From IMG/VR virus record IMGVR_UViG_3300036770_005357: a stretch of DNA of 64,000 nucleotides, one strand, 5' to 3'. The DNA comes from a virus (lineage: Duplodnaviria; Caudoviricetes). A program made the position numbers and the translations under genes. Positions within the stretch are counted from its first letter, which is position 1, and each line of letters opens with the position of its first letter. This document shows positions 1 to 9,068 of this stretch, in pieces. A model generated the notes under the pieces. The model was not told the origin of the DNA. It saw nothing but the letters and a program-made list of their open reading frames with translations, and searched no databases.

Positions 1-759
1 GCCGGATGTAGCAAAATCACAATCACATTCCTGTGCCGCACCTTTTACACCGGATAATTCGGTTTGTTTATCACGCCAAGCTTGATCTCTTTCGGGGTGT
101 AAATGCCATGGCAATCGTATTGTTTTGAATTTATTCTTACCTTCTTCAGCTTCAACCCAAGTTTTATGAAAGAAGTTACCTACACCGTTTGGAGTGCTTA
201 ATACAATAGCTCTACCACCTGTACTTAATGTATATTGTGCTGAAAGCCATATTTCTTCAATACCATCGATAAATGCAGCTTCGTCAATAATAAGTAAAGA
301 AAGTGCTGCTGAACGACCTGCTGTACCAGCACTACTAACGGCTTTAATTTGACTGCCATTCTTTAATCTTAAACTTAAACGATTATCTTCTACACACGGT
401 ACCTTTAACCAAGCTGGTAAATTATCATTTGCAAATCTTACTTTAGTAACAATTTCTTTAGCAGTTTCTTGTGTAATACTGATACAAAGAATATTTTTAT
501 CACTGTGAAATGTCATTAGCCAAAGACTATATGCAGCAGTCAATGTACTTATACCCATCTGACGACTTTTAAGTACTATATTTAGACTATTATCTACAAA
601 GTCTCTAAGAGTATTTTCTTGAAACGGATATAATTCAAATGAAACGGTACCACGAACTGGATGTTGGATCTTTACATACTTTTTCATGAAGTATATAGGA
701 TCCTCTATACACCTCTTATACTCAGCTTTTATTATTTCTCTTAGATTTGGCTGACTCAT
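1..759 (-). CDS. terL: terminase large subunit (T4 gp17-like), N-terminal ATPase part; runs off the window edge
   Basis: Read manually, not in the ORF track. ATG at 759 gives MSQPNLREIIKAEYKRCIEDPIYFMKKYV..., adenine-binding LYPFQ, Walker A-like LKSRQMGIST, Walker B LLIIDEAAF and coupling motif LSTPNG. Open to position 1. Confidence 0.95.
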   Translation of the reverse strand, partial: MSQPNLREIIKAEYKRCIEDPIYFMKKYVKIQHPVRGTVSFELYPFQENTLRDFVDNSLNIVLKSRQMGISTLTAAYSLWLMTFHSDKNILCISITQETAKEIVTKVRFANDNLPAWLKVPCVEDNRLSLRLKNGSQIKAVSSAGTAGRSAALSLLIIDEAAFIDGIEEIWLSAQYTLSTGGRAIVLSTPNGVGNFFHKTWVEAEEGKNKFKTIRLPWHLHPERDQAWRDKQTELSGVKGAAQECDCDFATSG

Positions 760-1390
760 ATATAGCCTCTAATTCTTTAATTCTATCATCAATCACAGCA
801 AGTCTTTCATATATAACTTTTAAATCCGATGTTACATCGTTATATATTTTACTATAATCCTCCTTGCCCTCCCAAACCTCTGTAGTACCATCTTCTTCCA
901 CAAATGTTACGGGTCTACCTTCTTTGTGTTGTTCACACCAATGTTTGGTTTCTTCAAACTTTTGTTTGATATCATTCAACATTGCTTTTTCATTACGGAT
1001 ATCTCTTAGTTCATTGAACTCTTTCCAAACCCCCATTATTTTTAGATTAGTTTCTTCTTCAATAAAACAATCGTAACACAGTTGTGTTTTTGGCCATACT
1101 TGATCATCTAAATAATTACCAAATCGTATATCAGCATTACAATGTTTACATCTTTGTTCATTAACGATTGTTGCTTTTCTTGGCAATCGTTTCTTATAAC
1201 CATTCTTCATTATCCACTTGTTACCATAACCGTCTTCCCATTGTTCTCCTTCTTTTCTTTTTGCATTTTCTAAGTTGGGATCGTAACCGACTTGTACGAA
1301 TGCCTTTTCTCCATTTAAATAACTTTTAACTATATCTAAATTAGATCTGCCCGTTTTTAATTTTATATTTTTGCCCGTATTAGTCCTCAT
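722..1390 (-). CDS. hypothetical protein with CxxC...CxxC zinc ribbon and C-terminal coiled coil
   Basis: 222-aa ORF with RCKHC...LCYDC. Overlaps the terL start and the GIY-YIG stop. Confidence 0.8.
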   Translation of the reverse strand: MRTNTGKNIKLKTGRSNLDIVKSYLNGEKAFVQVGYDPNLENAKRKEGEQWEDGYGNKWIMKNGYKKRLPRKATIVNEQRCKHCNADIRFGNYLDDQVWPKTQLCYDCFIEEETNLKIMGVWKEFNELRDIRNEKAMLNDIKQKFEETKHWCEQHKEGRPVTFVEEDGTTEVWEGKEDYSKIYNDVTSDLKVIYERLAVIDDRIKELEAIYESAKSKRNNKS

Positions 1391-2183
1391 AACTTATAAT
1401 CCATCCTTTATATTGTTTATATTTTTTCTTTTTTCCATCTAATAGATAGTAAACATCTGGACATAATTTATATTTTTTTCTAAAATCAAACATAGTTCCT
1501 ACGAATTCTTCATTTAAGTGTTTGTTACAAAATTTGTATACTGTAGAAATAAAATTCGGATGATCATATCCCTTTCTCGCAAATAGATTCGTCTTTCCCA
1601 TTTTTTCTTTCGATTTAATTTTCTTCAACCGGATTCCCTCTTTGCTATTCCAAAATTGATTACTAGCAATAGACATTATTTTTTTATTTTTATCGGAGTG
1701 TGTTTTTTTATACATTGGATTTTTTTCTGCCAAAAACTTCCCCTTATTTTTTCCTTTTAATTTTTCTGAAAGCAATCTACGAGTTTGTTCAGTATGATGT
1801 TTTCCAAAAAACGGATTTTTTTCGCCCGATGTTCTATAAGAAATTTGTTTACGATGGTTTTTTGTGAGTTTTCTTCCAAATGGACTGTCAGCTGAAGGAT
1901 TAATATTATATTTAGGCTGTATCATATCTAAATAATACTGTTCTTTTATTAAACATTCGGATGGTTCACAATATTCTATAATTTCAAATTTAAAATTATT
2001 CTCACCGTATTTGTTCCACGCTCTTTGCAGAATTATAGAATGATGTTTGTTATTTTTTAATTGATGCACATGTGTATTCCATCTTTTATTAAATGTATAC
2101 GCAGCGCTACCGATATAACAATTATTATTAATAATATTTCTTATTCTATATATACCCGTATTGAGTATCGACCTTTCACTCAT
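1380..2183 (-). CDS. free-standing GIY-YIG homing endonuclease with NUMOD3-like repeats
   Basis: GIYRIRNIINNNCYIGS, RWNTH, EQYYLD, YNI; repeats FFGKHHTEQTR and PMYKKTHSDKNK. Confidence 0.93.
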   Translation of the reverse strand: MSERSILNTGIYRIRNIINNNCYIGSAAYTFNKRWNTHVHQLKNNKHHSIILQRAWNKYGENNFKFEIIEYCEPSECLIKEQYYLDMIQPKYNINPSADSPFGRKLTKNHRKQISYRTSGEKNPFFGKHHTEQTRRLLSEKLKGKNKGKFLAEKNPMYKKTHSDKNKKIMSIASNQFWNSKEGIRLKKIKSKEKMGKTNLFARKGYDHPNFISTVYKFCNKHLNEEFVGTMFDFRKKYKLCPDVYYLLDGKKKKYKQYKGWIISYED

Positions 2184-2248
2184 ATAGAATAAATATGATA
2201 AAAAAATTTAAAAATTGATAAATTACTCTTTCCAATTGCTCTTTTCAT
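2180..2248 (-). pseudogene. 22-codon mini-ORF MKRAIGKSNLSIFKFFYHIYSI, probable orphaned 5' end of the 722..1390 gene
   Basis: ATG at 2248. GKSNLSI matches GRSNLDI near the start of 722..1390. Its TGA overlaps the GIY-YIG ATG. Confidence 0.55.
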
Positions 2249-2266
2249 ATAACCTATATATTTAAT

Positions 2267-3301
2267 TTATTTACCAAACTTGCTGCCGAGACCTTTTATA
2301 ATAAAACTTCCCGTAATTTTAAATGGTCCACTGTATATACTATTATCTCTAACAACAATGCCTTCATGTTTTTCAAGATCACCTATTTCACTTGTAGCAT
2401 TCTTTAATATTTCATCGCCTAACTTAATAGTTGTTAAATAAACAATAGTATCATTAATTACTTTTTGTATATCTTGACCAACAAAATCTTCTTCTATATT
2501 CTTACTTTCAGTTGCTTTCAAAAAATCTTGACGAGTAATTAATGGAGTACTAATCTTCACCGTCTTTAACCAGTCTTTAAGTGGTTTTGTAACTTCAATT
2601 CCACTTGGATACAAAGTTACGGGAGTCATTAAAGCTGATGCTAAATTTGGATCCGATTTAAATGTGGTATCTACACTACCTAATACTTTAAAGCCATGTT
2701 TCATCGCAACCTTATTTAGTTTATTGATATAAGATTGCATTGCTGTTTTATCATATGGTATTTCTGTAGCCTCACGACTCTTTACTTGACCGTCTTTACC
2801 AAATGTTTTTGGTTTAATTTCTTTTAATCCATGTATTGCTAAAAAGTTACCGATATCACCATAACCTACCACATTGGTTTGACCTTCTACATATTCAATA
2901 TTTAATAATATATTTGGATTGTCCAATAGACCGAGTTTCTTTAATTCAGTTTTAGTTGATGGTACCGCTTCGTCAAATATATTAATGACTTTAGCACCTA
3001 TCTTTATAAAACCGTGACCAGGTTCAAATCTAGCAGACAAATCTTCTGGACGCATACCTTTAATATCCAAAGGTTTAGCACTACCACGATCCATAACAAA
3101 TTTACCATCAACTAATCGTATGCTAGCATTTACACCGTCAATCTTTACACTACCAGCTCCTTTTTTAAGCGACTTTACAGCTTTAACAAATACATCTACA
3201 AGCTGTTTACCTGTTGATGTAAAATCAAATGGATGTGCCATATGTCCACCTGCACCGCCTTCTCTAAGCACTTCATTGAGTATACTATTAAATGTGATCA
3301 T
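2267..3301 (-). CDS. ATP-dependent ligase/capping-superfamily nucleotidyltransferase-like protein
   Basis: Motif I-like VKIDG, motif III-like LNIEY, motif IV HEGIVVR and motif V-like FKITG, in the expected order. Confidence 0.65.
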   Translation of the reverse strand: MITFNSILNEVLREGGAGGHMAHPFDFTSTGKQLVDVFVKAVKSLKKGAGSVKIDGVNASIRLVDGKFVMDRGSAKPLDIKGMRPEDLSARFEPGHGFIKIGAKVINIFDEAVPSTKTELKKLGLLDNPNILLNIEYVEGQTNVVGYGDIGNFLAIHGLKEIKPKTFGKDGQVKSREATEIPYDKTAMQSYINKLNKVAMKHGFKVLGSVDTTFKSDPNLASALMTPVTLYPSGIEVTKPLKDWLKTVKISTPLITRQDFLKATESKNIEEDFVGQDIQKVINDTIVYLTTIKLGDEILKNATSEIGDLEKHEGIVVRDNSIYSGPFKITGSFIIKGLGSKFGK

Positions 3302-3302
3302 A

Positions 3303-4070
3303 TTATTTTAAGAATGTTTTTTCAAATACTGGTATTGCTTTTTTGTAAGATTTTTGAGTTTCATCACGATCGTCGTTTGTAAATTGCCAATTCCAAAACA
3401 ATTCGTCGGGAGTTTTAAATTTATAATATTCACCTAAAACTTTTTTTTGTGTATTTACAACTTCATTACCATTCCACTGTTGTCCTACCGCAATAAAGCC
3501 TGTTTCTATATTATTTACAATATTATTTTCTCCGAGTGTACTATGTCTATTTTCAATCCAAGTCAATCTTTCAATTAATTTTTGATAATAACCATTAGCT
3601 TGACCCCATCTTATACTTGCAAAGAAAACCACACAATCGCTTTCAAATAACTCTTTTGTAATTTTCCACAATTCATCACTTTTATTATTTAAACTTGCCC
3701 AACAACGGTGATAACCACTTGGGTTTTTAGAATCATCCTTCAACAAAGCACCCTTAACGCCACAGTGATTGTATCCATATTCTTTATTACTACTTACATT
3801 ACCTTCACATGGAAATATATTAAGTTTTGTTGTGTCAATTAAAGATACTTTTTCTTTACCTAAAAGTTCTTGTATCTTTATAGCTAACTGGCTACTTTTA
3901 GGCACATCATCTTTATGTTGAATCCATCTGTTACTTGTAGTGAGTAAAAGTACTTTATCTTTATTACGAAGATAATCTATGGTCTTTTTATACTTACGGG
4001 CATGATAATCCATATCTTGCTCGCTTTGAGGTAACTTCGCTTCAAGTAATAAATCTGAAAGACTAATCAT
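3303..4070 (-). CDS. flavodoxin-fold protein (NADPH-dependent FMN reductase / iron-sulfur flavoprotein-like)
   Basis: VLLLTTSNR, NIFPCEG...C...C, and ESDCVVFFASIRWGQANGYYQKLIERL are typical of the family. Confidence 0.8.
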   Translation of the reverse strand: MISLSDLLLEAKLPQSEQDMDYHARKYKKTIDYLRNKDKVLLLTTSNRWIQHKDDVPKSSQLAIKIQELLGKEKVSLIDTTKLNIFPCEGNVSSNKEYGYNHCGVKGALLKDDSKNPSGYHRCWASLNNKSDELWKITKELFESDCVVFFASIRWGQANGYYQKLIERLTWIENRHSTLGENNIVNNIETGFIAVGQQWNGNEVVNTQKKVLGEYYKFKTPDELFWNWQFTNDDRDETQKSYKKAIPVFEKTFLK

Positions 4071-4092
4071 TGTATATAAATATTCAAATTAT

Positions 4093-4836
4093 TTAGGTTT
4101 CCCAAACTATTTTAACATTATAACCTTTATTTTCAAAATTTTTGATTCGTTCATTGTCTTTTTGCCAAATTTGTTTGGCTGTCATTTTTATATTTTTATG
4201 ATAATAATCTGCTTTATATAAATTGGGATTGCAATGCCAATAATTTCCAAAACATTCTATTATTAGTTTTTTTGACGGAACATATATATCTACAGACTTA
4301 TTTATATCTGAGAGATATTCTTCTAATAAAGCATCTGGATATTCTAATTTAATTTTTTCATAAATTCTTTTTTGAAACTTAGATATTGTTTTGCCATTTG
4401 ACTTGACGTGGGGTAAATAAACTGTATAAGGAACTCCGTATTTAGCTAAACAAGTTTCCACAGATTTTTCTGTATTATTGTAATTTTCATTTCCGTATTT
4501 TTTAAGTTTTGTTGTTTTTACTTTAAATTGACACTTTTTATTAAACCAATGATTTTTATTTGAATTTGCCCATTTTTTTAATTTTTCTCGTTTTTCATCG
4601 GATGTTCTATTGCATTCATTTGAACAATATTGAGTAGGTTTACCACTTTTTGGATGCAATATATTTTTGTATCTTTCAAATTCTTTTCCACATTTTAAAC
4701 ATTTGACTACTTCTCTATTTTGACTTTTTCTCCAATCATACATTGCATTTTTATCAATAAATCTTTGATTTCTATGTTTAAAATCGACATAGAATTCTTT
4801 ACCTGTCCATTCACATATTTTTTTAATATTTTTCAT
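4093..4836 (-). CDS. homing endonuclease-like protein with zinc-finger N-terminus and Vsr/DUF559-like PD-(D/E)xK C-terminal nuclease domain
   Basis: CLKC and YCSNEC motifs; C-terminus VDIYVPSKKLIIECFGNYWHC...KDNER...GYNVKIVWET. Confidence 0.85.
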   Translation of the reverse strand: MKNIKKICEWTGKEFYVDFKHRNQRFIDKNAMYDWRKSQNREVVKCLKCGKEFERYKNILHPKSGKPTQYCSNECNRTSDEKREKLKKWANSNKNHWFNKKCQFKVKTTKLKKYGNENYNNTEKSVETCLAKYGVPYTVYLPHVKSNGKTISKFQKRIYEKIKLEYPDALLEEYLSDINKSVDIYVPSKKLIIECFGNYWHCNPNLYKADYYHKNIKMTAKQIWQKDNERIKNFENKGYNVKIVWET

Positions 4837-4840
4837 ATTA

Positions 4841-4847
4841 ATAAATA
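4841..4847 (-). promoter_or_regulatory. recurrent TATTTAT motif 4-7 nt upstream of start codons (representative copy); putative phage promoter
   Basis: Same motif and spacing at 2189-2195, 4076-4082, 22678-22684, 37807-37813, 45094-45100, 48912-48918, 52389-52395, 56541-56547, 56780-56786 and 60432-60438 (minus strand), and at 50477-50483 and 56801-56807 (plus strand). Confidence 0.65.
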
Positions 4848-4890
4848 GTATTAAGAGTGGGTAAAAAGTTAAAATCTTAGTAGATAAAAT

Positions 4891-4918
4891 AAAACCTCAT
4901 CACACACGATGAGGTTTT
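4891..4918 (-). terminator. intrinsic terminator after tail sheath (probably bidirectional)
   Basis: AAAACCTCATC-ACACAC-GATGAGGTTTT inverted repeat with A/T runs on both sides. Confidence 0.8.
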
Positions 4919-4930
4919 TGTTTTTACTTA

Positions 4931-7900
4931 TTAAGCATTAAAAGTAGCGCCGCCCGTTGGAAGAATGTTGAAGTCAAGGATAATGAATTCAGCAGTTCTT
5001 GTTGGTTGGACATAGATTTGACCGTAGAGAATATTTCTATCAATCAAGTCAGGTGTATTATTAGTTTCGTCCATTACAACCTTGAAGGCGTATATACCAT
5101 TTCTTTGTTGTACAGATTCCAGATATGGATTTACAATGTTCAAGAAACGGTTTCTTGTAGCAGCTACATTTTGTTCAAAGACTAAGTAGTTGCTTGAACT
5201 TGCGATGTACTTCTTCAAGTTGATCAACAAACGACGGACATTAATACGATCCAAGGCACTTGGAGCAATTTGAAGTGTCTTTTGACCCCAGACACAGATA
5301 CCTTGACCAGGGAATGCTGCGATAGGATTTACACGACCTTCATAGAGTGTGTCTCTTTCAGCGTGTGTTACACGATCAAGTACTTGTACAGCTTGTGTGA
5401 TACCACCACGGTTGAGACCTGCTGGAGCGTACCATTCAGCAGCTGCGTTGTCATTAGCAGCATAAATTGCTGGCAATACTACAGATGGTGGTACACTGAT
5501 GATCTTGTTTGTATTTGTATCCAAGATCTTAACCCAAGGATAATATGTAGCAACATAGTTACTGTCAATTGTAGCTACTGTGTTAATGGCAGCGTCAATT
5601 AAACCAACGGTTTGATTGCTTGCTGGGAACACTACATTGTCCATGATGTAGAAACAATCTTGACGAGTTTCACACATATTAATTACCAATTCAGTAACAT
5701 AACTGTGTTGTTCACGGAAGATACCTGGAGTTACGATGAGGTTGATATCAAATTCATCAGCGTTACCGAGAGCAGCGATGGCTTGTTTATAACCAATGCT
5801 ACCTGGGCTGTTGATGTTTGTACAATCTAAACCTTGTGTATTACCCGCTGTAATATCCGATCCTACATTGATAGGAATTGCTGGCCATTGACCATCAAAT
5901 CCACCTTGGAATCCAACTACAAATTTACGAAGTCTTACATAAGTAGATTCATTTACGGCGTCATATGTACTTGGAATACTACCACTCAAACTTGGAGCGA
6001 GTAATGAACCTGTACTTGCTGGTACACCTTGAGCATAATAACCAGCATCATCTGTACCGTAAACTTTATCTTCTAGATCGAAATCAATATTCAATCCGTT
6101 ACTGTCAACACTTCCAAAGTATGGCAACGGTTTGAAATATTGTTTTGTATCGTTTTGAACACCTACGCCAAACGAACTGGTTGGATAAAGTGATTGAATT
6201 TCATCGCTAGATTCAGGGACTTCGCCGAATACAGTTCCGGATGGATATTTACCAGGAGCCAATCCGTAAATACTCGCCTTACTGTATTTTACAGCCGGAA
6301 CATAAATATTTGCCGTACTATCAATTGGGGTTCTGTAGGATTCAAATCCATAAGGTACACAAACTTGAGGATACATAACATCAGACATTTCAATTCTGAT
6401 ATACTTACTTAAATTAGTATATGTACCATATTCAATGATTTTACCGGCATATGTGATATAAGCGTATTTATCACCGATTCTACGAGCAACATAATTTGCA
6501 GAATCAGGATCGAGGTTTAAGTTTTGATAAATTTCCAAATACTTTGGCTTTCTATCAGTATCACTGTAAGCACGAACTGCGAGTGTGAATGAACCCCATT
6601 CGCTACCAGGTACTGTTCCGGAAAGTTTAACATTGCTAATTTCAATCTTATACTTTTGATTACTTAAAGTACCGTCGCTCAAAGTGTGTACCTTAAACAG
6701 TTGGAATTTAACAGGTACAGCCGCTTCATCAGCACTACCCTTGAATGGAGCAATCTTTTGACTATAAATCCAAGGTGTATATGCATTAGTGATACTAAAT
6801 TGACTGTCTCCGGCGTTTAGGTTTGTGCTATATTGATCAACAAACTTAAGAGGTTCTCCTACAATTGAACTTCCGGATAAATCGGATGTTCCTACGAATA
6901 ATTTCCAACCTAGTGTACTAGTTTTTTCTGCAACGAACTTCTTGATACTATCTTCAAATAAAACATAATTATATGCAGCTTCTACTTTTTGACCGGCAAT
7001 TTGTTTAGCTGGATTACCAACTGTAGGATCTACGCCGAACACATCTTTGATATAATTGTTATCATTTTCATTAAGACTGAAATCATAATAACCATATGTT
7101 CCGGAAGATGTTGTACCATCTGGATTAACGAAACTATATTTGAGTGCCAAGTTGTAGAGATTTTCATTTGGATTCACAACACCAGTATAAGGGTATTGAC
7201 TACTTGTTACTTGTGATACTGTAGTAGTATCAAATCCGTAAACTTCAAAATCATTACTAAATTGAGTCGAAGCATTTTGTGTATTTGCCAACACGGCAAG
7301 AATCATTTTTTGACGACCATCAATACTTGGGTTACAAGGATCTATACCGTTATTATTATCATTAGCAGTAAATGTACCTGTATACTTACCAAATGCACCG
7401 CTTATGACACCATTAAGTTCTGCTCCGGATGTACATCCACCAGTAACTCTTACAGAAGAAAAACTTCCACTTCTAATTTGAATTCCGCCTGCTACTGTAG
7501 GATCGTAGTTAAATTCATCTGTATTTACAGTAAGTTGTTCATTGAAATATGAAGAACTCAATAAATAACTAGTTGTTGTGCTTTCAGCAAATGCTGTGGA
7601 AATTGCCGTTTCAGGTTCAACATCTTGTCCTTGTACACTTGAACTTAAGAAAAAGTATGGAAGTGAAGTTCCACTTGTAGCTAAACTAGAACTTACACCT
7701 TTTCTATTAAATATCACATTGGTTACAGAACCTATTTGTACTGTTTTACCTGCGTAAAGTATACTACCACTTCCATTTGCGCTTCCTGTTACGGAATTAG
7801 CATTAATAACCGATGTAGCTACTTTACTTCCAAATTTAACAGTAACATCTCCATTTAATACAAGTCTTGATATATCATAACGACCTGCGATCTTAACAGA

Positions 7901-8980
7901 AGAAGTTAAATTGGTTATGCCAGGTGCTGCTGGTGTACCTGTAACATTGTTACCTAAACTTGCAGTATAAAAACTTACATCAGCACTGCTATACTTAGCA
8001 AATACGAATCCATAAACAATGTCAGATCCATCTAAGGTATATGAAGCAGTTAAATAATTTAAATATAATGGGTTCGCTACAGGAGCACGATTTATACTTC
8101 CACTACCAACATCACCCCAAGCAGTATCAAATGTCAAACTATATTTAGAATTTGAACCCGCGGATAATGATCCTGTTTGTGCAACTCTTACGCTACCGCT
8201 TATACGAGATTTTTCATAATCAAATGCTGCCAAATTATATCCAGAAGAACCTCCAGCTGGTGTAATTGTTTTATTGTTTTTAGTGACAGATGTATTAAAT
8301 CTTGTTTTTAAAAGTCTCGTTTTAACTTCAAACAATTTACCTTTACTTGAAGAAGCAACTAAAGATGCTGATAAAGCAGAATAATTTGGTAAACCCGCGA
8401 TAGAAGATAAAAATGTAGTAGCACGGGAAGTAAAAGCACTACCGGTTAATTTTGTAAACGAAAGAGAACAAGACATGAATTTACCACCAATACCAACACC
8501 ACCACCGTTGTCTGTAGATCCGGTTATATTCCAAACCGAACTACTTTGTTGATAATTAAATGTACCTGTATAATTCGATGTATCTACACTTATAAAAGAA
8601 TCATCGGTAATTGCACCTACATCACCATTTCTATTCCAAGAACCTGGTTGTGCATACACTAATAATGGATTTTTTTGCCAATAGCCGGTTAATCCACCAA
8701 TACGCACTACTGTGACAATACCTTGTTCTTGAAGATATTGTTTAGAGGTATATGGTCCGTAGTAAACACCATCAGCAACTCCGAATGTACTTTCAAGAGT
8801 AGCTACATCAGTCATTGTTTTTGGGAAAAATGCAGGTCCATCGGCGAAAGGCGCGACTATAGCGCCTCCGATATTAGCAACTCCTTGTGCTAAACCCGAT
8901 AGATCATTTTCTCTGGTAAAAACACCAGGACTTACGATTTGTTGTGTTGGGGCGAATCTTCCACCTTCTGTTATTGGCAT
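4931..8980 (-). CDS. contractile tail sheath protein (gp18-like) with a large internal insertion
   Basis: N-terminal IVSPGVFTRENDLS; C-terminal WYAPAGLNRG, GRVNPIAAFPGQGICVWGQKTL, LDRINVRRLL and IYVQPTRTAEFI. Confidence 0.95.
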   Translation of the reverse strand: MPITEGGRFAPTQQIVSPGVFTRENDLSGLAQGVANIGGAIVAPFADGPAFFPKTMTDVATLESTFGVADGVYYGPYTSKQYLQEQGIVTVVRIGGLTGYWQKNPLLVYAQPGSWNRNGDVGAITDDSFISVDTSNYTGTFNYQQSSSVWNITGSTDNGGGVGIGGKFMSCSLSFTKLTGSAFTSRATTFLSSIAGLPNYSALSASLVASSSKGKLFEVKTRLLKTRFNTSVTKNNKTITPAGGSSGYNLAAFDYEKSRISGSVRVAQTGSLSAGSNSKYSLTFDTAWGDVGSGSINRAPVANPLYLNYLTASYTLDGSDIVYGFVFAKYSSADVSFYTASLGNNVTGTPAAPGITNLTSSVKIAGRYDISRLVLNGDVTVKFGSKVATSVINANSVTGSANGSGSILYAGKTVQIGSVTNVIFNRKGVSSSLATSGTSLPYFFLSSSVQGQDVEPETAISTAFAESTTTSYLLSSSYFNEQLTVNTDEFNYDPTVAGGIQIRSGSFSSVRVTGGCTSGAELNGVISGAFGKYTGTFTANDNNNGIDPCNPSIDGRQKMILAVLANTQNASTQFSNDFEVYGFDTTTVSQVTSSQYPYTGVVNPNENLYNLALKYSFVNPDGTTSSGTYGYYDFSLNENDNNYIKDVFGVDPTVGNPAKQIAGQKVEAAYNYVLFEDSIKKFVAEKTSTLGWKLFVGTSDLSGSSIVGEPLKFVDQYSTNLNAGDSQFSITNAYTPWIYSQKIAPFKGSADEAAVPVKFQLFKVHTLSDGTLSNQKYKIEISNVKLSGTVPGSEWGSFTLAVRAYSDTDRKPKYLEIYQNLNLDPDSANYVARRIGDKYAYITYAGKIIEYGTYTNLSKYIRIEMSDVMYPQVCVPYGFESYRTPIDSTANIYVPAVKYSKASIYGLAPGKYPSGTVFGEVPESSDEIQSLYPTSSFGVGVQNDTKQYFKPLPYFGSVDSNGLNIDFDLEDKVYGTDDAGYYAQGVPASTGSLLAPSLSGSIPSTYDAVNESTYVRLRKFVVGFQGGFDGQWPAIPINVGSDITAGNTQGLDCTNINSPGSIGYKQAIAALGNADEFDINLIVTPGIFREQHSYVTELVINMCETRQDCFYIMDNVVFPASNQTVGLIDAAINTVATIDSNYVATYYPWVKILDTNTNKIISVPPSVVLPAIYAANDNAAAEWYAPAGLNRGGITQAVQVLDRVTHAERDTLYEGRVNPIAAFPGQGICVWGQKTLQIAPSALDRINVRRLLINLKKYIASSSNYLVFEQNVAATRNRFLNIVNPYLESVQQRNGIYAFKVVMDETNNTPDLIDRNILYGQIYVQPTRTAEFIILDFNILPTGGATFNA

Positions 8981-9068
8981 ATATTATATCCTTTCAAAGT
9001 TGTATTTAATAAATAAATATAATTAAAAAAGTGGAACATTAAACTATTTATTATAACTTTTTTAATTA

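Noticed and set aside
1380-2248. Group I intron containing the GIY-YIG ORF
   Set aside because: Only about 35 AT-rich nt precede and about 40 nt follow the ORF, with no P3-P7 core or conserved R/S elements.
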